This document shows positions 52,862 through 64,000 of a stretch of DNA of 64,000 bases, piece after piece; positions within the stretch are counted from its first letter, which is position 1; each line of letters opens with the position of its first letter. The position numbers and the translations under genes are program-made. The notes under the pieces were generated by a model that saw only the letters and a list, made by a program, of their open reading frames with translations, was not told where the DNA came from and searched no databases. Source of the stretch: Balanoglossus misakiensis (Eukaryota > Animalia > Hemichordata); the NCBI GenBank assembly GCA_040954595.2, contig CM082592.2:1054001-1118000 (forward strand), given 5' to 3'.

Positions 52862-53989
52862 ATGGCAAGTGGTTACGCAACTCCCGAACAATGGGCTACT
52901 GCGGATCGAAATGGTCAATCTCGAAGGCAATATTACACTGTGTTCCTGAGCGAACGTCAATTTATAAGCCTGGACGAAGCCAAAAAGAATCCTCTTAGTG
53001 ATGAAGAAGTTTTCCATGCTTTGATACAAGTTATTAATCCTGAAAACCTGTCATCCATTCAACGTGTCCGAGCTTTGTGGAGAAATTACATAAATTCTAT
53101 TGACGCGAAGCATGAATTGCTGTTACAGCAAGTGTCAATTAGGGGAAGGAATGTGGAGATTCTTGAACACAATCCCTTCGCATTCTCAACACGCATGAGA
53201 CAGATGGGTGCGATCAAACTCCGCATAAAAGACCTGCCATTTTCCGTTGACGACCAGTCTATACTGGATGAGCTGTCCAACTACGAGTGCGAATTCGTGA
53301 GCAGAGTAAACAAGGAGAGACTTCGCTACAGGGGTAAGCTGACAAACTGCTTTAATGGGGATAGGGTTGTGTACCTGAAAAACCCGCCAAAGGTTCCAAT
53401 CCCGCTATTCGATCTAATGATAGCAGGATTTTCAGTCCGAATTTTTTACTTCGGACAAATGACAGTTGAAGCCGACAGCAACGCTACACAGCTGTCAGCC
53501 ATGCAGACCGAGCAAATTCAGAACGTTGACACGAGAATTGACGCAGAAAGCGATGGGACTCAACGACAATTGCCGCAATACCCGGCTGCGGGAACATCGA
53601 CACCAAAACCGAATCAACCGGTACAACTAGCAGAGTCGGGGGCTACTACCAGACCAGATGTACCAATTCCAAATTATTTGCCACACAGTCCCAACACGGC
53701 TGAAACCTTAAACATCATAGATGAAGCTCATCTGTCATATGTGGAAGTTGCTACTCCACGAAACCGAGCACAGAACCAAGCCCGGAAACTGCATTATCGC
53801 CACTACCAGGTCGACAACAAAATGGAGGAGCAGCAACAAGAAGAAGAAGTCGAAACAAGTCCTTCGCTGCTGTTAGCCCCGCATAGCCAGCCGATCAACA
53901 AAGAAAGACTTGGTAAGAAGATCACGAGTTTCTTTAAAAGTAAACCGGACCGTGAACAGACTCATCTTCGTAGAGGGCACAACCCTTGA
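52862..53989 (+). CDS. LINE ORF1 (RRM-like nucleic-acid-binding protein); an upstream in-frame ATG at 52841 is possible
   Basis: Uninterrupted ORF with KLRIKDLPFSVDD..I and KLTNCFNGDRVVY motifs typical of Tx1 ORF1. Confidence 0.85.
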   Translation: MASGYATPEQWATADRNGQSRRQYYTVFLSERQFISLDEAKKNPLSDEEVFHALIQVINPENLSSIQRVRALWRNYINSIDAKHELLLQQVSIRGRNVEILEHNPFAFSTRMRQMGAIKLRIKDLPFSVDDQSILDELSNYECEFVSRVNKERLRYRGKLTNCFNGDRVVYLKNPPKVPIPLFDLMIAGFSVRIFYFGQMTVEADSNATQLSAMQTEQIQNVDTRIDAESDGTQRQLPQYPAAGTSTPKPNQPVQLAESGATTRPDVPIPNYLPHSPNTAETLNIIDEAHLSYVEVATPRNRAQNQARKLHYRHYQVDNKMEEQQQEEEVETSPSLLLAPHSQPINKERLGKKITSFFKSKPDREQTHLRRGHNP

Positions 53990-54083
53990 AAACTTTATTT
54001 TGTTCGCAGTGCTTTTAGGTAAGCTTTTTTTTCCTAGCGACTGAAGGGACTGCCATCCTTCCTTTGTCTATAGCTTCAGGCTC

Positions 54084-57000
54084 ATGGACACGCTAAATAT
54101 CCTCACCCTTAATGTGAAAGGAATTAGAGATCGATCGAAACGTACCAAGCTTTTTCACTGGGTTAAGCAACAAAAAACGCATATTTGCTTCCTCCAGGAA
54201 ACGTACATTACCTCTGACTTGGCGAATGCCATAGAAAAGGACTGGAAAGGGCGTTGTTTTCATTCATTTGCCCAGTCGAATCATAGCACCGGAGTATCCA
54301 TCCTCATTAATGACAGTATCAGCAATAATATTTTATTCAGCGACTCTGATCATGACAGCAATGGCAGGTTTTTCTTTTTAAACTGTCACCTTGGCAGTTC
54401 TGCCTTTTCGTTGGTTAATATTTATGCGCCTAATAATGTCAATTCCAGAGTTGCATTTCTTACGGAGATCTCTTCACGGCTAGCAGATAAGAATCTCCAT
54501 AGTATTGTTATGGGGGGCGATTTCAATACTATACTAGATGTCAATTTTGACAAAAAGGGGGGAAACAGACCTGATCCGCTTTCATCGTCTACTCTTACAA
54601 ATTGTTTTTTGAATGGTTACGATTTAGTCGATATTTGGCGTTTGCTAAATCCGTCTACTCGTCAGTACACATGGCGACAAAACTCCCCTCCAATCCGCTG
54701 TCGGTTGGACTTCTTTCTTATTTCGGATACCCTTTGTTCTAAGACACTGAAGGCAGATATCAGGCCATGTTTCTTGTCTGACCATCAAGCTGTGTTTGTT
54801 AAGATATGTACAGAACGAAGTGAGAAAGGACCGGGTTTCTTTCGGATGAATATCTCACTTTTGACTGATGATTTTTATATCAAAAGAGTTAAAGATATTA
54901 CACAGTCCACTGTCAGTGAATTTACTGGTCACTTCTCCAAGACGATCCTTTGGGATCTGGTGAAAATTCGCATCAGAGATTTTACAATTTGTTATTCAAA
55001 AGAGCTTGCCAAGAAAAGAAGAGAAGAGATCAAACATTTAGAGAAACGTTTACAACAAATAGAGCGTGATCTCGATGACAATTTGAGCTCGCATACTTTG
55101 TCTCAGTACAGTGTGGTAAAGGACCAAATTAACAAATGGTACGACTACCAAGTGGAAGGTGCCAGAATAAGGTCAAGGGTGAACTGGTCACTTAAGGGGG
55201 AAAAACCGACTAAGTATTTTTTAAATCTTGAGCGCAAGCAAGCTCGTGCCAGTACAATTGATTCTTTAAAGTGTTCTGATGATGGCCGTACTGTTACTTC
55301 CACACAAGAGATTATAGACTGTTGCAAAAGTTTTTATAGTAAGCTGTACACCTCGAGCAATATTTCCGAAAATAACATTGCTGAGTATTTACGTTTAATT
55401 TACCCAGAAAACGTTTTATCTGAAGGGGAGAAAGCATGTCTTGATAGGGATTTCATGTTCCAAGAATGCACTGAATCGGTAAAAAGTCTGAAAAATGGCA
55501 AAACGCCCGGACCCGACGGATTACCAGCAGAATTTTACAAAACTTGCTGGGAGTTTATAGGACCACTTGTTTTCGATTCAATTATTGAAGGCCTAACTAA
55601 AGGAACGCTGTCTCCCTCACAAAGACGTGCTATCATTAAACTCATTCACAAAAAAGAAGAGCGTGATCAGCTGTTAAATTGGAGACCAATCAGTCTTCTC
55701 AACACTGATTACAAAATTTTGGCAATGGCTTTTGCGAGACGTTTGCAAACTGTTCTCCCGAAACTTATCAGTCCGGACCAAACTGCTTATATCAAGGGCA
55801 GGTATATTGGTCAAAACATACGTCTTATTCAAGATATTATTGATTATACGGGGGATGAGGATCTGGAGGGTGCAATCCTTTTTCTGGATTTTTCAAAGGC
55901 ATTTGATACGCTTGAGAGAAATTTTCTTTTCGCAGTATTGCACAAGTTTAATTTTGGCGAAAACTTTATTGGCACGATAAAAACCATGTACAATTCCTGT
56001 GAAAGCTGTGTTATCAACAATGGTTGGTCGTCAACTTATTTTGGTCTTCATCGAGGAATACGTCAAGGTTGTCCCCTGTCTGCCCTTTTATTCTTGCTAG
56101 CAGTAGAAGTCATGGCAACGCACATCCGTCAAAGCCGTGACATTGTTGGGATTAATATTAATAACGTGTCTGTCTTCTTCCCCACTGTTACTGAAATCAA
56201 AATTTCGCAGGTTGCTGACGATACAACTCTTTTTGTATCAGATGACGTTTCCATTCTTAGAGCGATTGACGTGGTCAAATCCTTTGGGTCAGTTTCTGGG
56301 TTACAGCTTAATGTTAGCAAATCAGAGGGTCTTTGGCTTGGTGCTTGGAAAAACAGGAATGATAAACCTGGGGGTTTGATGTGGGAGCAACAGCCTATAA
56401 AATCCCTTGGGGTTTTCTTTGGATACGATCGACTGAAATGTCTACTTTTGAATTGGGAAAAGAAAATTGAAAGGCTTAAAAGCGTGCTCAACATCTGGTC
56501 ACGACGTAAGCTGAGCCTTTATGGCAAAATCACGGTTTTAAAGTCTTTGGCACTGCCCACAATTTACTACCTTATGCTTAATCTTGGTGCTTTTGAAACG
56601 TGGCTCACGAATATCAACCGTCTTATTTTCAAATTTCTGTGGAATGACAAGCCAGACAAAATCAAAAGGCTCACACTCATTGGCCCTTATGATTGCGGGG
56701 GACTAAACATGCCTGACATTTTTGCCATCCATGACGCCTTTTGTGCATCATGGGTTCGTAGATTATGTGACAACTCTTCTGCCAAATGGAAGGCCTTGCC
56801 ACTGCATTGGCTCGGGCACTATGGTCCAGATTTTCTTATTTTTCATTTCAATTTTAGCAACATTTCCTGTTTCCCATTTCTCGAGAGAATTCCCTTTTTC
56901 TATAAACAAGTAATTTCAGCTTGGCATAGTGCAAAAGGTGGTTGCGTCACTTTCTCCAAACTCAGTCATTTAGATGTGCGTAATCAAATTATCTGGGGTA

Positions 57001-57917
57001 ATGTCAACATTTCAGATAATGGTAAGACTCTTTTTTTCCCTGGTTGGATTCACTCAAATATTATCTATGTCCAGGATATTGTCGATACCAACGGCGATTT
57101 TCTTCCACCTACACTGTTGTTACAAAAACTCGAGAATAAGTCAAATTGGATAGTTGAATGGATGAAGTTGCGGAATCTTATTCCCAGAGAATGGAAGTCT
57201 GTGTTGAAAGGTACTCAGTTGCATCAGATGCGTAGAGAAAAGAATTTTCTTCATGTCAATGGAAAAGTTTTTGTTTTACCTAATGATCTGTCTCGCCTTA
57301 CTTCAAAATTTTTTTACAGTATTTTTGTGCAAAATCGTTTTATTCGTCCATATTGTGAAAATACATGGAATCGTCGTTTGATCATGACTACTCCACTACA
57401 GTGGAGAACTATATGGGTTAACCAAACGACTGGATTGTGTTGTGATAGGAAACTTGCTGAATTTAACTTTAAGATTATGCATAACATTTTGCCATGTGGC
57501 ATCAATCTTTTAAGATGGAAAATTAGTAAAAATGATCTATGTTGTCTTTGTAATGTAACTGATTCTTATGAGCATCTATTTTTAAAATGTCAACGTTTAG
57601 GGGATTTTTGGCAGCGTTTATCTGCTTTGCTCAGCAAACTTGGCATATGTCATGAGGTCGACTTAGAAACTATTATTCTTGGTTACAAAACTATGTACAG
57701 TCATCCTCTTTATAGATTTGTAAACATTGTCATTACTATTGCAAAGTATTGTGTATTCGCTTCATGGGTCCATTTACATCATGATATTAACAGCATTAGA
57801 GCAAAAACCAATTTCGATATATTTTACAGATATCTACAATTTATGCACCAAATACTCAAAAGGAATAATAATCTAGATTTCACCCATTATTGGAAGAAAA
57901 TCCTTGCTTCCGTCTGA
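54084..57917 (+). CDS. LINE ORF2: APE endonuclease + reverse transcriptase + C-terminal zinc finger, 1277 aa, uninterrupted
   Basis: LNVKG, LQET, GGDFN, RLDFF, SDH; KTPGPDG, WRPISLLN, LDFSKAFD, GIRQGCPLS, QVADD; CCLC..EHLFLKC. Confidence 0.97.
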   Translation: MDTLNILTLNVKGIRDRSKRTKLFHWVKQQKTHICFLQETYITSDLANAIEKDWKGRCFHSFAQSNHSTGVSILINDSISNNILFSDSDHDSNGRFFFLNCHLGSSAFSLVNIYAPNNVNSRVAFLTEISSRLADKNLHSIVMGGDFNTILDVNFDKKGGNRPDPLSSSTLTNCFLNGYDLVDIWRLLNPSTRQYTWRQNSPPIRCRLDFFLISDTLCSKTLKADIRPCFLSDHQAVFVKICTERSEKGPGFFRMNISLLTDDFYIKRVKDITQSTVSEFTGHFSKTILWDLVKIRIRDFTICYSKELAKKRREEIKHLEKRLQQIERDLDDNLSSHTLSQYSVVKDQINKWYDYQVEGARIRSRVNWSLKGEKPTKYFLNLERKQARASTIDSLKCSDDGRTVTSTQEIIDCCKSFYSKLYTSSNISENNIAEYLRLIYPENVLSEGEKACLDRDFMFQECTESVKSLKNGKTPGPDGLPAEFYKTCWEFIGPLVFDSIIEGLTKGTLSPSQRRAIIKLIHKKEERDQLLNWRPISLLNTDYKILAMAFARRLQTVLPKLISPDQTAYIKGRYIGQNIRLIQDIIDYTGDEDLEGAILFLDFSKAFDTLERNFLFAVLHKFNFGENFIGTIKTMYNSCESCVINNGWSSTYFGLHRGIRQGCPLSALLFLLAVEVMATHIRQSRDIVGININNVSVFFPTVTEIKISQVADDTTLFVSDDVSILRAIDVVKSFGSVSGLQLNVSKSEGLWLGAWKNRNDKPGGLMWEQQPIKSLGVFFGYDRLKCLLLNWEKKIERLKSVLNIWSRRKLSLYGKITVLKSLALPTIYYLMLNLGAFETWLTNINRLIFKFLWNDKPDKIKRLTLIGPYDCGGLNMPDIFAIHDAFCASWVRRLCDNSSAKWKALPLHWLGHYGPDFLIFHFNFSNISCFPFLERIPFFYKQVISAWHSAKGGCVTFSKLSHLDVRNQIIWGNVNISDNGKTLFFPGWIHSNIIYVQDIVDTNGDFLPPTLLLQKLENKSNWIVEWMKLRNLIPREWKSVLKGTQLHQMRREKNFLHVNGKVFVLPNDLSRLTSKFFYSIFVQNRFIRPYCENTWNRRLIMTTPLQWRTIWVNQTTGLCCDRKLAEFNFKIMHNILPCGINLLRWKISKNDLCCLCNVTDSYEHLFLKCQRLGDFWQRLSALLSKLGICHEVDLETIILGYKTMYSHPLYRFVNIVITIAKYCVFASWVHLHHDINSIRAKTNFDIFYRYLQFMHQILKRNNNLDFTHYWKKILASV

Positions 57918-59032
57918 GATGTAATTATTTTGTTAAACAAATGTACCTGGTGAATCTCTTTTTATATAGTATTATTTTTTATTTATTTATTTTTTTCATA
58001 AAAACACGATTTATCTTTATGATACATGTAAGATTAAATGAATGGAAATAAATAAAAAAAAAATAATGGTAAAAAAAAAAAAAAAAAACAATGATAAGGC
58101 TACAGGTAAACTTGTGGATTTATATAGACCACTATCACACTCAATTATTTGCTAAATTCACCCAAGTTGACCACATCCAATATACGAAAATCTAATTCTA
58201 GCCCTACCAAAATAGACTCAAATTTTATTACCAAAATTATAGACACATATGACGAATATGCTAACCATGTAAAACCTTCTAGGCTAAGCAATGCAGCTAG
58301 ACTTTAAACCAGAATGCAATCAAAATACTTTGACAACATTTTGGATGACCTTGAGATGACCCTTGACCTACTTGCTCATAACTTCCCTCCGGACCAAGTA
58401 CTAGTCTTGCCAGTGGGGACATTTGCTATACCTCAATAACTATTGCAAACCTAAGTCTACTCATGTTCCATATCTTCGACACAAAAAAAAAACGATTCTG
58501 GTCAGCGCGCGCCTCATTTGGAAGTCCCCCACGCGGCCACTCCAACATTGACCTCCTCCCGTTGACCTTCCCGTTCCCTCACACACCCCCCCCTACCCCC
58601 GCTTGTGGCGCTGTAGCTGTACCCGCGCCCCAATCATTCTCGACAAATACCAGAATTCCGTGTGACGCTATTGGGTATAACGCTATACATGCAAAGGATC
58701 AAGGGAAACTAATTGGACAGACATATAACGGGAGTATAAAATGGAAGTCATCTTGCCTGGTTGCTAGTGATGTGCCGCGGCCGTTAAAACGTTTATCTCT
58801 ACAGACATAATGAGCGGGGCATGGATCCTTGCTCCGTTTGGCGTAGTGGATGACTCACCAGGGATTTCGCTGTTGAAAGTGTTCGAGGATTTTCATTGCG
58901 GCCGTGGAATACTGAATTCAGGCCGCTGGCGACTGCTTCGTATTGCATCCCGAATATGAAGTCTTGAAGATTTTCCGGTGGAATGCCGTGTAACCAAATT
59001 CCATAGCAGGTCTGTTCCATTCATTCCGTACC

Positions 59033-59104
59033 TAGCTGCAGTACAGTAGCTCTAGATTTCATTTGTGATCAAAAACAAATCCTAGAGCTATTGAACTGCA
59101 GCAA
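59033..59104. mobile_element. 72-bp hairpin micro-MITE with 8-bp TSD TCCGTACC
   Basis: TSD at 59025-32 and 59105-12; TAGCTGCAGTACAGTAGCTCTAG pairs with CTAGAGCTATTGAACTGCAGCAA. Confidence 0.75.
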
Positions 59105-59319
59105 TCCGTACCGTTCTCAGTCCCCGTGTTTGCTAGTAACTGATTTCGGGAAGTGCCTGTATGTTCATTGCCATTTTTGGTTCTAAAATACATATCCCTA
59201 AAAATGATTGTTCCATTGCTTTGCAATATACAGTTTACAGTACCCTAAAGGGAAACCCATACTACTGACTACTGTATATATACACAGCAGATTTCCTACA
59301 TCATACATGTTTACATTAA

Positions 59320-59588
59320 AGGGACATAGTGAATGAACGTTCTACCGCACAAAACTTCCATCCCTCTTATAGACAGGAGAGTGAAAAAACTCGCCAAAAT
59401 GAATAATCATTCTTTACCATTTATTCATTTTGGGCGAGTTTTTACTCTCATATCATACAAGTGGGAAGGAAGTTTTGTGTGGTTGAACGTTGATTCACTA
59501 TATATCCACATGTACATTAACATAATCAGTGTCTTGTATCAAACATAATTAATGGAAAAAAGGGCAGCGAGAGAGAGACTTTGTCCCT
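59320..59588. mobile_element. Kolobok-like MITE with TTAA TSD
   Basis: TTAA|AGGGACA ... TGTCCCT|TTAA. Confidence 0.7.
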
Positions 59589-59915
59589 TTAATGTAGCAG
59601 TCAATGTCAACCCTCACACACCTCACCTTGGGGTATAGTGGGGATTTTGGATATTAGTCTTGTGAAATTTGCCAAATGCCCCACCCCATGGGGCAAGACA
59701 ATCTGGCAAACCCCGTACACTTCCCCAAACCCAATGGGTAGGGCACTTATTGATTCTGTGCTTGATTGTGAAGATGACTAGTGGGTCAAAATTAAGCAAT
59801 TGCCCCATACCCCTGGGCTTTGTTGACTTTTTTCCGTGGCAAACCACATCTAAACCCCCACATTTATCCCATATTGCTGAATCAACAAATCTTGAACTTG
59901 CACAACCATGCAGGC

Positions 59916-60482
59916 CATTCTCCACGCAGAGACTTGGAGTGGATAATTCTAGCCTAGCTAGGGGGTCTGACCAATAGCCACTATAGTCTCTGCCACAAGC
60001 AAATTAAAATATTCCGAACCGGACCTTCTTTCAGTCCTGTGCGAGCCCAGTTGGTTCAATAACTATGGCGGACAGTAATATAGTCGCCACCATCTTCGTA
60101 TATACACTTCAGACACTGTAGTTGCTTTGGTTTTAATGTCAATTTAGAGTCATAAGCTGCAATAACTTTCGCGATTGCGTTTGAAAAACCTATAGCAACG
60201 GGGGCAGCCATCTTGAATCGTCAATACACATTTATGTAACCTAGGGCAGGATCTATGTTTTGCAAGTGTTCACGGATTCGAGGATCGACTTTGAAACTGG
60301 TTCATTTTTTAGTTCTCTTATTTTTTTTGGTACAAAATATTAAACTTAAAAAAGACCTGAAATGTATATTATAGAAAACGCGCAACACCCAAAAAGTGGG
60401 TGTAAAATGTCGCCTGTGGCAGAGACTAAATAGCGGCTATTGGTCGGACTCCCTAGCTAGGTTAGTCTCTTCGTGGAGAATG
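59916..60482. mobile_element. AcademH-like MITE with ~70-85-bp TIRs and a perfect 9-bp TSD CATGCAGGC
   Basis: TSD at 59907-15 and 60483-91; ends CATTCTCCACG / CGTGGAGAATG. Confidence 0.85.
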
Positions 60483-60759
60483 CATGCAGGCCTGTGATAC
60501 CTTGTGCATAACACTTGATTTCTTAATTACTTGCATGACCTGGTAATTTCCCATATCCCAGCATTAACAGCACATACTGGCTGCATATCTAATCCTAGGT
60601 TAATCAATAGGGCAAGAAGTTAGGTACTACTATTTGTTGCACATGGACCAGTATGGAACCAAGTTTTTTGACAAAAAGTGAGGGTAACCTGCTTATATGC
60701 GTATATACCTTATACATATAGACAGAAAAACAGACAGACATACATACATACAGACACGT

Positions 60760-63441
60760 AGCATGATAGTCGCTTGCTTGGTTTAGTTTTAGAAAATGAT
60801 ACTGACAAACTTGTTATTGTAAATTGTTATTTGACCACCAATACTAATGATAATTTTGAAGTGTTCAGTGAGTACTTGGCGAAAATCAATTCCATTGTTT
60901 CCGATATTAACACTGGGAATGTCTTTTTTATTGGTGACTGGAATGCTGATGTAACTACTGATACAGGTTTTGGTCGTGAGTTGATGGAGCATTGTGAGCA
61001 ATTTGGTTACATCGTTTCTGATGTTGAGCTGCTAGGCAGGGATTCTGGTACGTTTACTTATATTAGCGAGGCTCATGGCAGTACTTCATGGATTGACCAC
61101 TGTGTTACCACTGAAGTTTCTCATAGCAATGTTCTTTCAATTTCGAGTCTTTGCAATGTTGTTGACTCCGACCATATTCCTGTTTCAATAGAGGTTCATT
61201 TCAACACTTCTGCTGATGAAAGCTTCGGCAGTAGTTCCTTCAAGCAATGTAATTTTCGAGTTGATTGGAAAAAAATGTCACAGCAGAATATATCCGCCTA
61301 CACCCGTTGTACCAAAGCCAAGATTGATAAGATTAATTTATCCGAAGAGTTATTCTGCACTAATGTGAACTGTACAGACCCTTCGCATTTACAGGCAATT
61401 GATACTTGTTATAGTAGTATTGTGGACGCATTGAATTGTGCTGCAAAAGATACCACTAGGCGTAAGTTTCACCAGAAAGTTCATGTTGTACCTGGCTGGA
61501 ACGATTTTGTAAAAGAAAGTCACGACTATGCCCGTTCCATGTTTTTATTATGGGTTAATGGGGGGTAAACCTAAACAAGGCCCGCTTTTTGAAACCATGA
61601 AATCTTCCAGAGCTCGTTTTAAGTATGCTTTACGTGCTTGTAAAAAGATTGAGAATCAAAATAGGGCTGACAAGATGGCTGACAATTTACGCTGCCACAA
61701 ACAGAATGACTTCTGGAAGGAAGTCAGAAAGCAAACTAGCAGAAAAACGCCACTTTCTGACACTGTAGGTGGAGCGACTGGTGAGAATGAAATTGCAATT
61801 ATGTGGCACAAGCATTTCAGTGATATTTTGAATTCTGTCCAGGCTCAGACTGGTAAAAATGACATCGAGGAGAAAATGAAGTATGTTAACTTTTCTTCTG
61901 ATATGTATGTTTCTGAAGACGAAGTAATTTCTGCTATACATAAGTTACCTGACGACAAGACAGCTGGCATTGACAATATTTCAGCTGAGCACCTCAAATT
62001 CTCAGACTCCTCTATTTTACCCATTTTGACTTGTTGTATTAATGCTATGATTGTTCATGGTTACCTGCCAACTGAGGCTATCAAAGTTATTTTAGTTCCA
62101 ATTATTAAGGATAAAACTAAGCTTTGTAGTGATGCCAGTAACTACCGGCCGATAGCACTAGCAACTGTTTTCTCTAAAGTTTTTGAGCATATTTTACTTT
62201 CTCGTTGTGAGGAGTTTCTTACCTCTCATTATTTACAATTTGGTTTCAAGCGAGAACATTCAACTGACCTGTGTTTATTTGCATTTAAAGAAATCATTAG
62301 CTACTACACCAGCAAAGGAGGACCAGTGTTTACTTGTTTTCTGGATGCTTCAAAAGCTTTTGACAGAGTTAATAACTTTAAACTGGTTAACAAGCTCATC
62401 GACAGGAATGTTCCCTTGTATGCTGTTCGAATTTTATATTACTGGTACAGAAATCAATTGTTTACTGTGTTGTGGGGTAATGAAACCTCAGATTTGTTTT
62501 CTGTTTCTAACGGTGTAAGACAAGGGGGAGTACTCTCTCCCTATCTTTTTAATGTCTACATTGATGATCTTATCAATGCACTCTGTAAAGCCAAAGTTGG
62601 CTGTACCATGTGTGGTGTCAGCGCTAACACTTTAGGTTACGCTGACGACATGACTCTACTCAGTCCAAGTGTTAAGGGTCTACGCCGTCTTCTTAGAATT
62701 TGTGAAATTTATGGCAAGGATTATGATATCATTTATAATTCTAGTAAAACTGTGTGCATGCTTTTTAATGGGAAGAATTTGAGAGTTCAAAGAATTCCTT
62801 CGGTTAAACTTAATGACATCACTTTGAAGTTTGTACCTGTACACACCTATCTGGGCCAGCAATATCTTGTGATGGTTGTGATAATGAAGATATTGAACGA
62901 CAGAGAAGAGCATTTTGCGTTAGAGCAAACATGCTATTGAGACATTTTAAACATTGTAGTCAAGATGTGAAGAAAGTTTTATTTTTGGCATATTGTAGTA
63001 ATATTTACTGTTGCAGTTTGTGGACATCCTTTAAAGTTAAACCGATGAAAAAATTTAAAACTATGTACAATAATGTTTGGAGAAGACTTCTCGGTCTTCC
63101 GCCATTTTGCAGTGCATCGGGTATGTTTGCTACAAACCATGTATTGTCACTTGGTGAAGTTTTTAGACGCAATATGTACAGTTTTAAGCGTAGACTCGAA
63201 AATTCTTCTAATGTTTTACTTGATGCGATCTGTTCATCAGATAGAGCGACTGACAGCATATTTTTCAAACATTGGCGAAAGCAATTGTATATCATGTAAT
63301 TTTGCAGAGTTTGTTTTGTGTGTGTGTGTGTGTCTCAGTTTCAGATTTTCCAGAGTATTTTCATTAGTGTTTTTTTTTTCCTTCTCTCTTTTGGGTATAT
63401 GGACTTTTTTTTAAGTCTGAAATAAAGTATTATTATTATTA
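60760..63441 (+). mobile_element. 5'-truncated CR1/L2-group (Daphne- or RTEX-like) LINE with a (TAT)n tail
   Basis: EN and RT ORF pieces, then AATAAA and TATTATTATTAT at 63421-63441. Confidence 0.88.
60774..63299 (+). pseudogene. LINE ORF2 (EN + RT) with two frameshifts (~61560, ~62870)
   Basis: IGDWNAD, SWIDH, SDH; NYRPIAL, FLDASKAFD, GVRQGGVLSP, YADD; LLGLPPFCSASGMF. Confidence 0.9.
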
Positions 63442-64000
63442 TAACCCTGGACAGACCCTGGATCTCGGCACTACCCACCCTACCCACTCATACTACCAGT
63501 TGTAAAAGTACCAGAATCATGATTTTTGTGCACATGGGTATCACAGACGCCAGGACTTGCCCCAAATATTTCGGTAATTTTAGCAATGACCTTTGACCTA
63601 CTTTTAACACATTATTTCTCTGCAAATGTAATTCTAGGCTTACCTTTATGTCTACAAGTTTGATTATTGATGCATGTGCATCAGTATGGGACTAAAATTT
63701 TATGGTGAATTTTGCGACCCCCTTGACCTCTGCTCACATCATTAAATATGTACATACTTAACCCAGTGCTTTTGCTTTAAACTTGTATCTATGGTAACCA
63801 CATTATCAGCAGTGAATGCCACAATTGTAAACCAATGACAGTTTTAATATCAAGCAATCTATGGAATTAAATGTAAACAAAGGGTATTGTGTCTTTGCTG
63901 GGTACATACATACAGACAGACACACAATTCATAAAAAACATACATACTAACTTGCACTGTACACATATTACACACATACTCAAACACAGGAGTAGAGAAC

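Larger units (their letters stand above)
52609..58087 (+). mobile_element. Full-length Tx1/L1-clade non-LTR retrotransposon, 12-bp TSD ACAATGATAAGG
   Basis: TSD at 52597-52608 and 58088-58099; 5' UTR, ORF1, ORF2, AATAAA and poly(A) tail present. Confidence 0.96.

Noticed and set aside
1-64000. rRNA or tRNA genes
   Set aside because: No conserved 18S/5.8S/28S/5S or cloverleaf signature was recognised by eye; the only tRNA-related sequence is the PBS.

Overview
This is eukaryotic DNA, almost entirely transposon- or repeat-derived. The GT-AG multi-exon genes and the mix of element families suggest a marine invertebrate (inference). No prokaryotic features or rRNA/tRNA genes were recognised. In order: a Ty3/Gypsy pol with its 3' LTR; a decayed Tx1/L1 ORF2; and a ~2-kb macro-repeat (AT-rich block, ordered array of ~81-bp monomers, TATA/G-run block) resembling an rDNA intergenic spacer. 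The macro-repeat is split at a TA by a 24-kb CACTA/EnSpm(CMC)/Plavaka-like DNA transposon (11820-35865) carrying a ~16-exon zinc-finger transposase gene and a divergent second gene. Nested in it are a young BEL/Pao LTR element and an Academ deletion derivative, which itself holds an IS3EU-like foldback. Further right lie a truncated OTU-protease Helentron-type gene head-to-head with an intact 6-exon OB-fold (RPA-like) gene, an intact full-length Tx1/L1 LINE, several MITEs with TSDs and a 5'-truncated CR1/L2-group LINE. Family assignments come from motif recognition by eye, not database searches.
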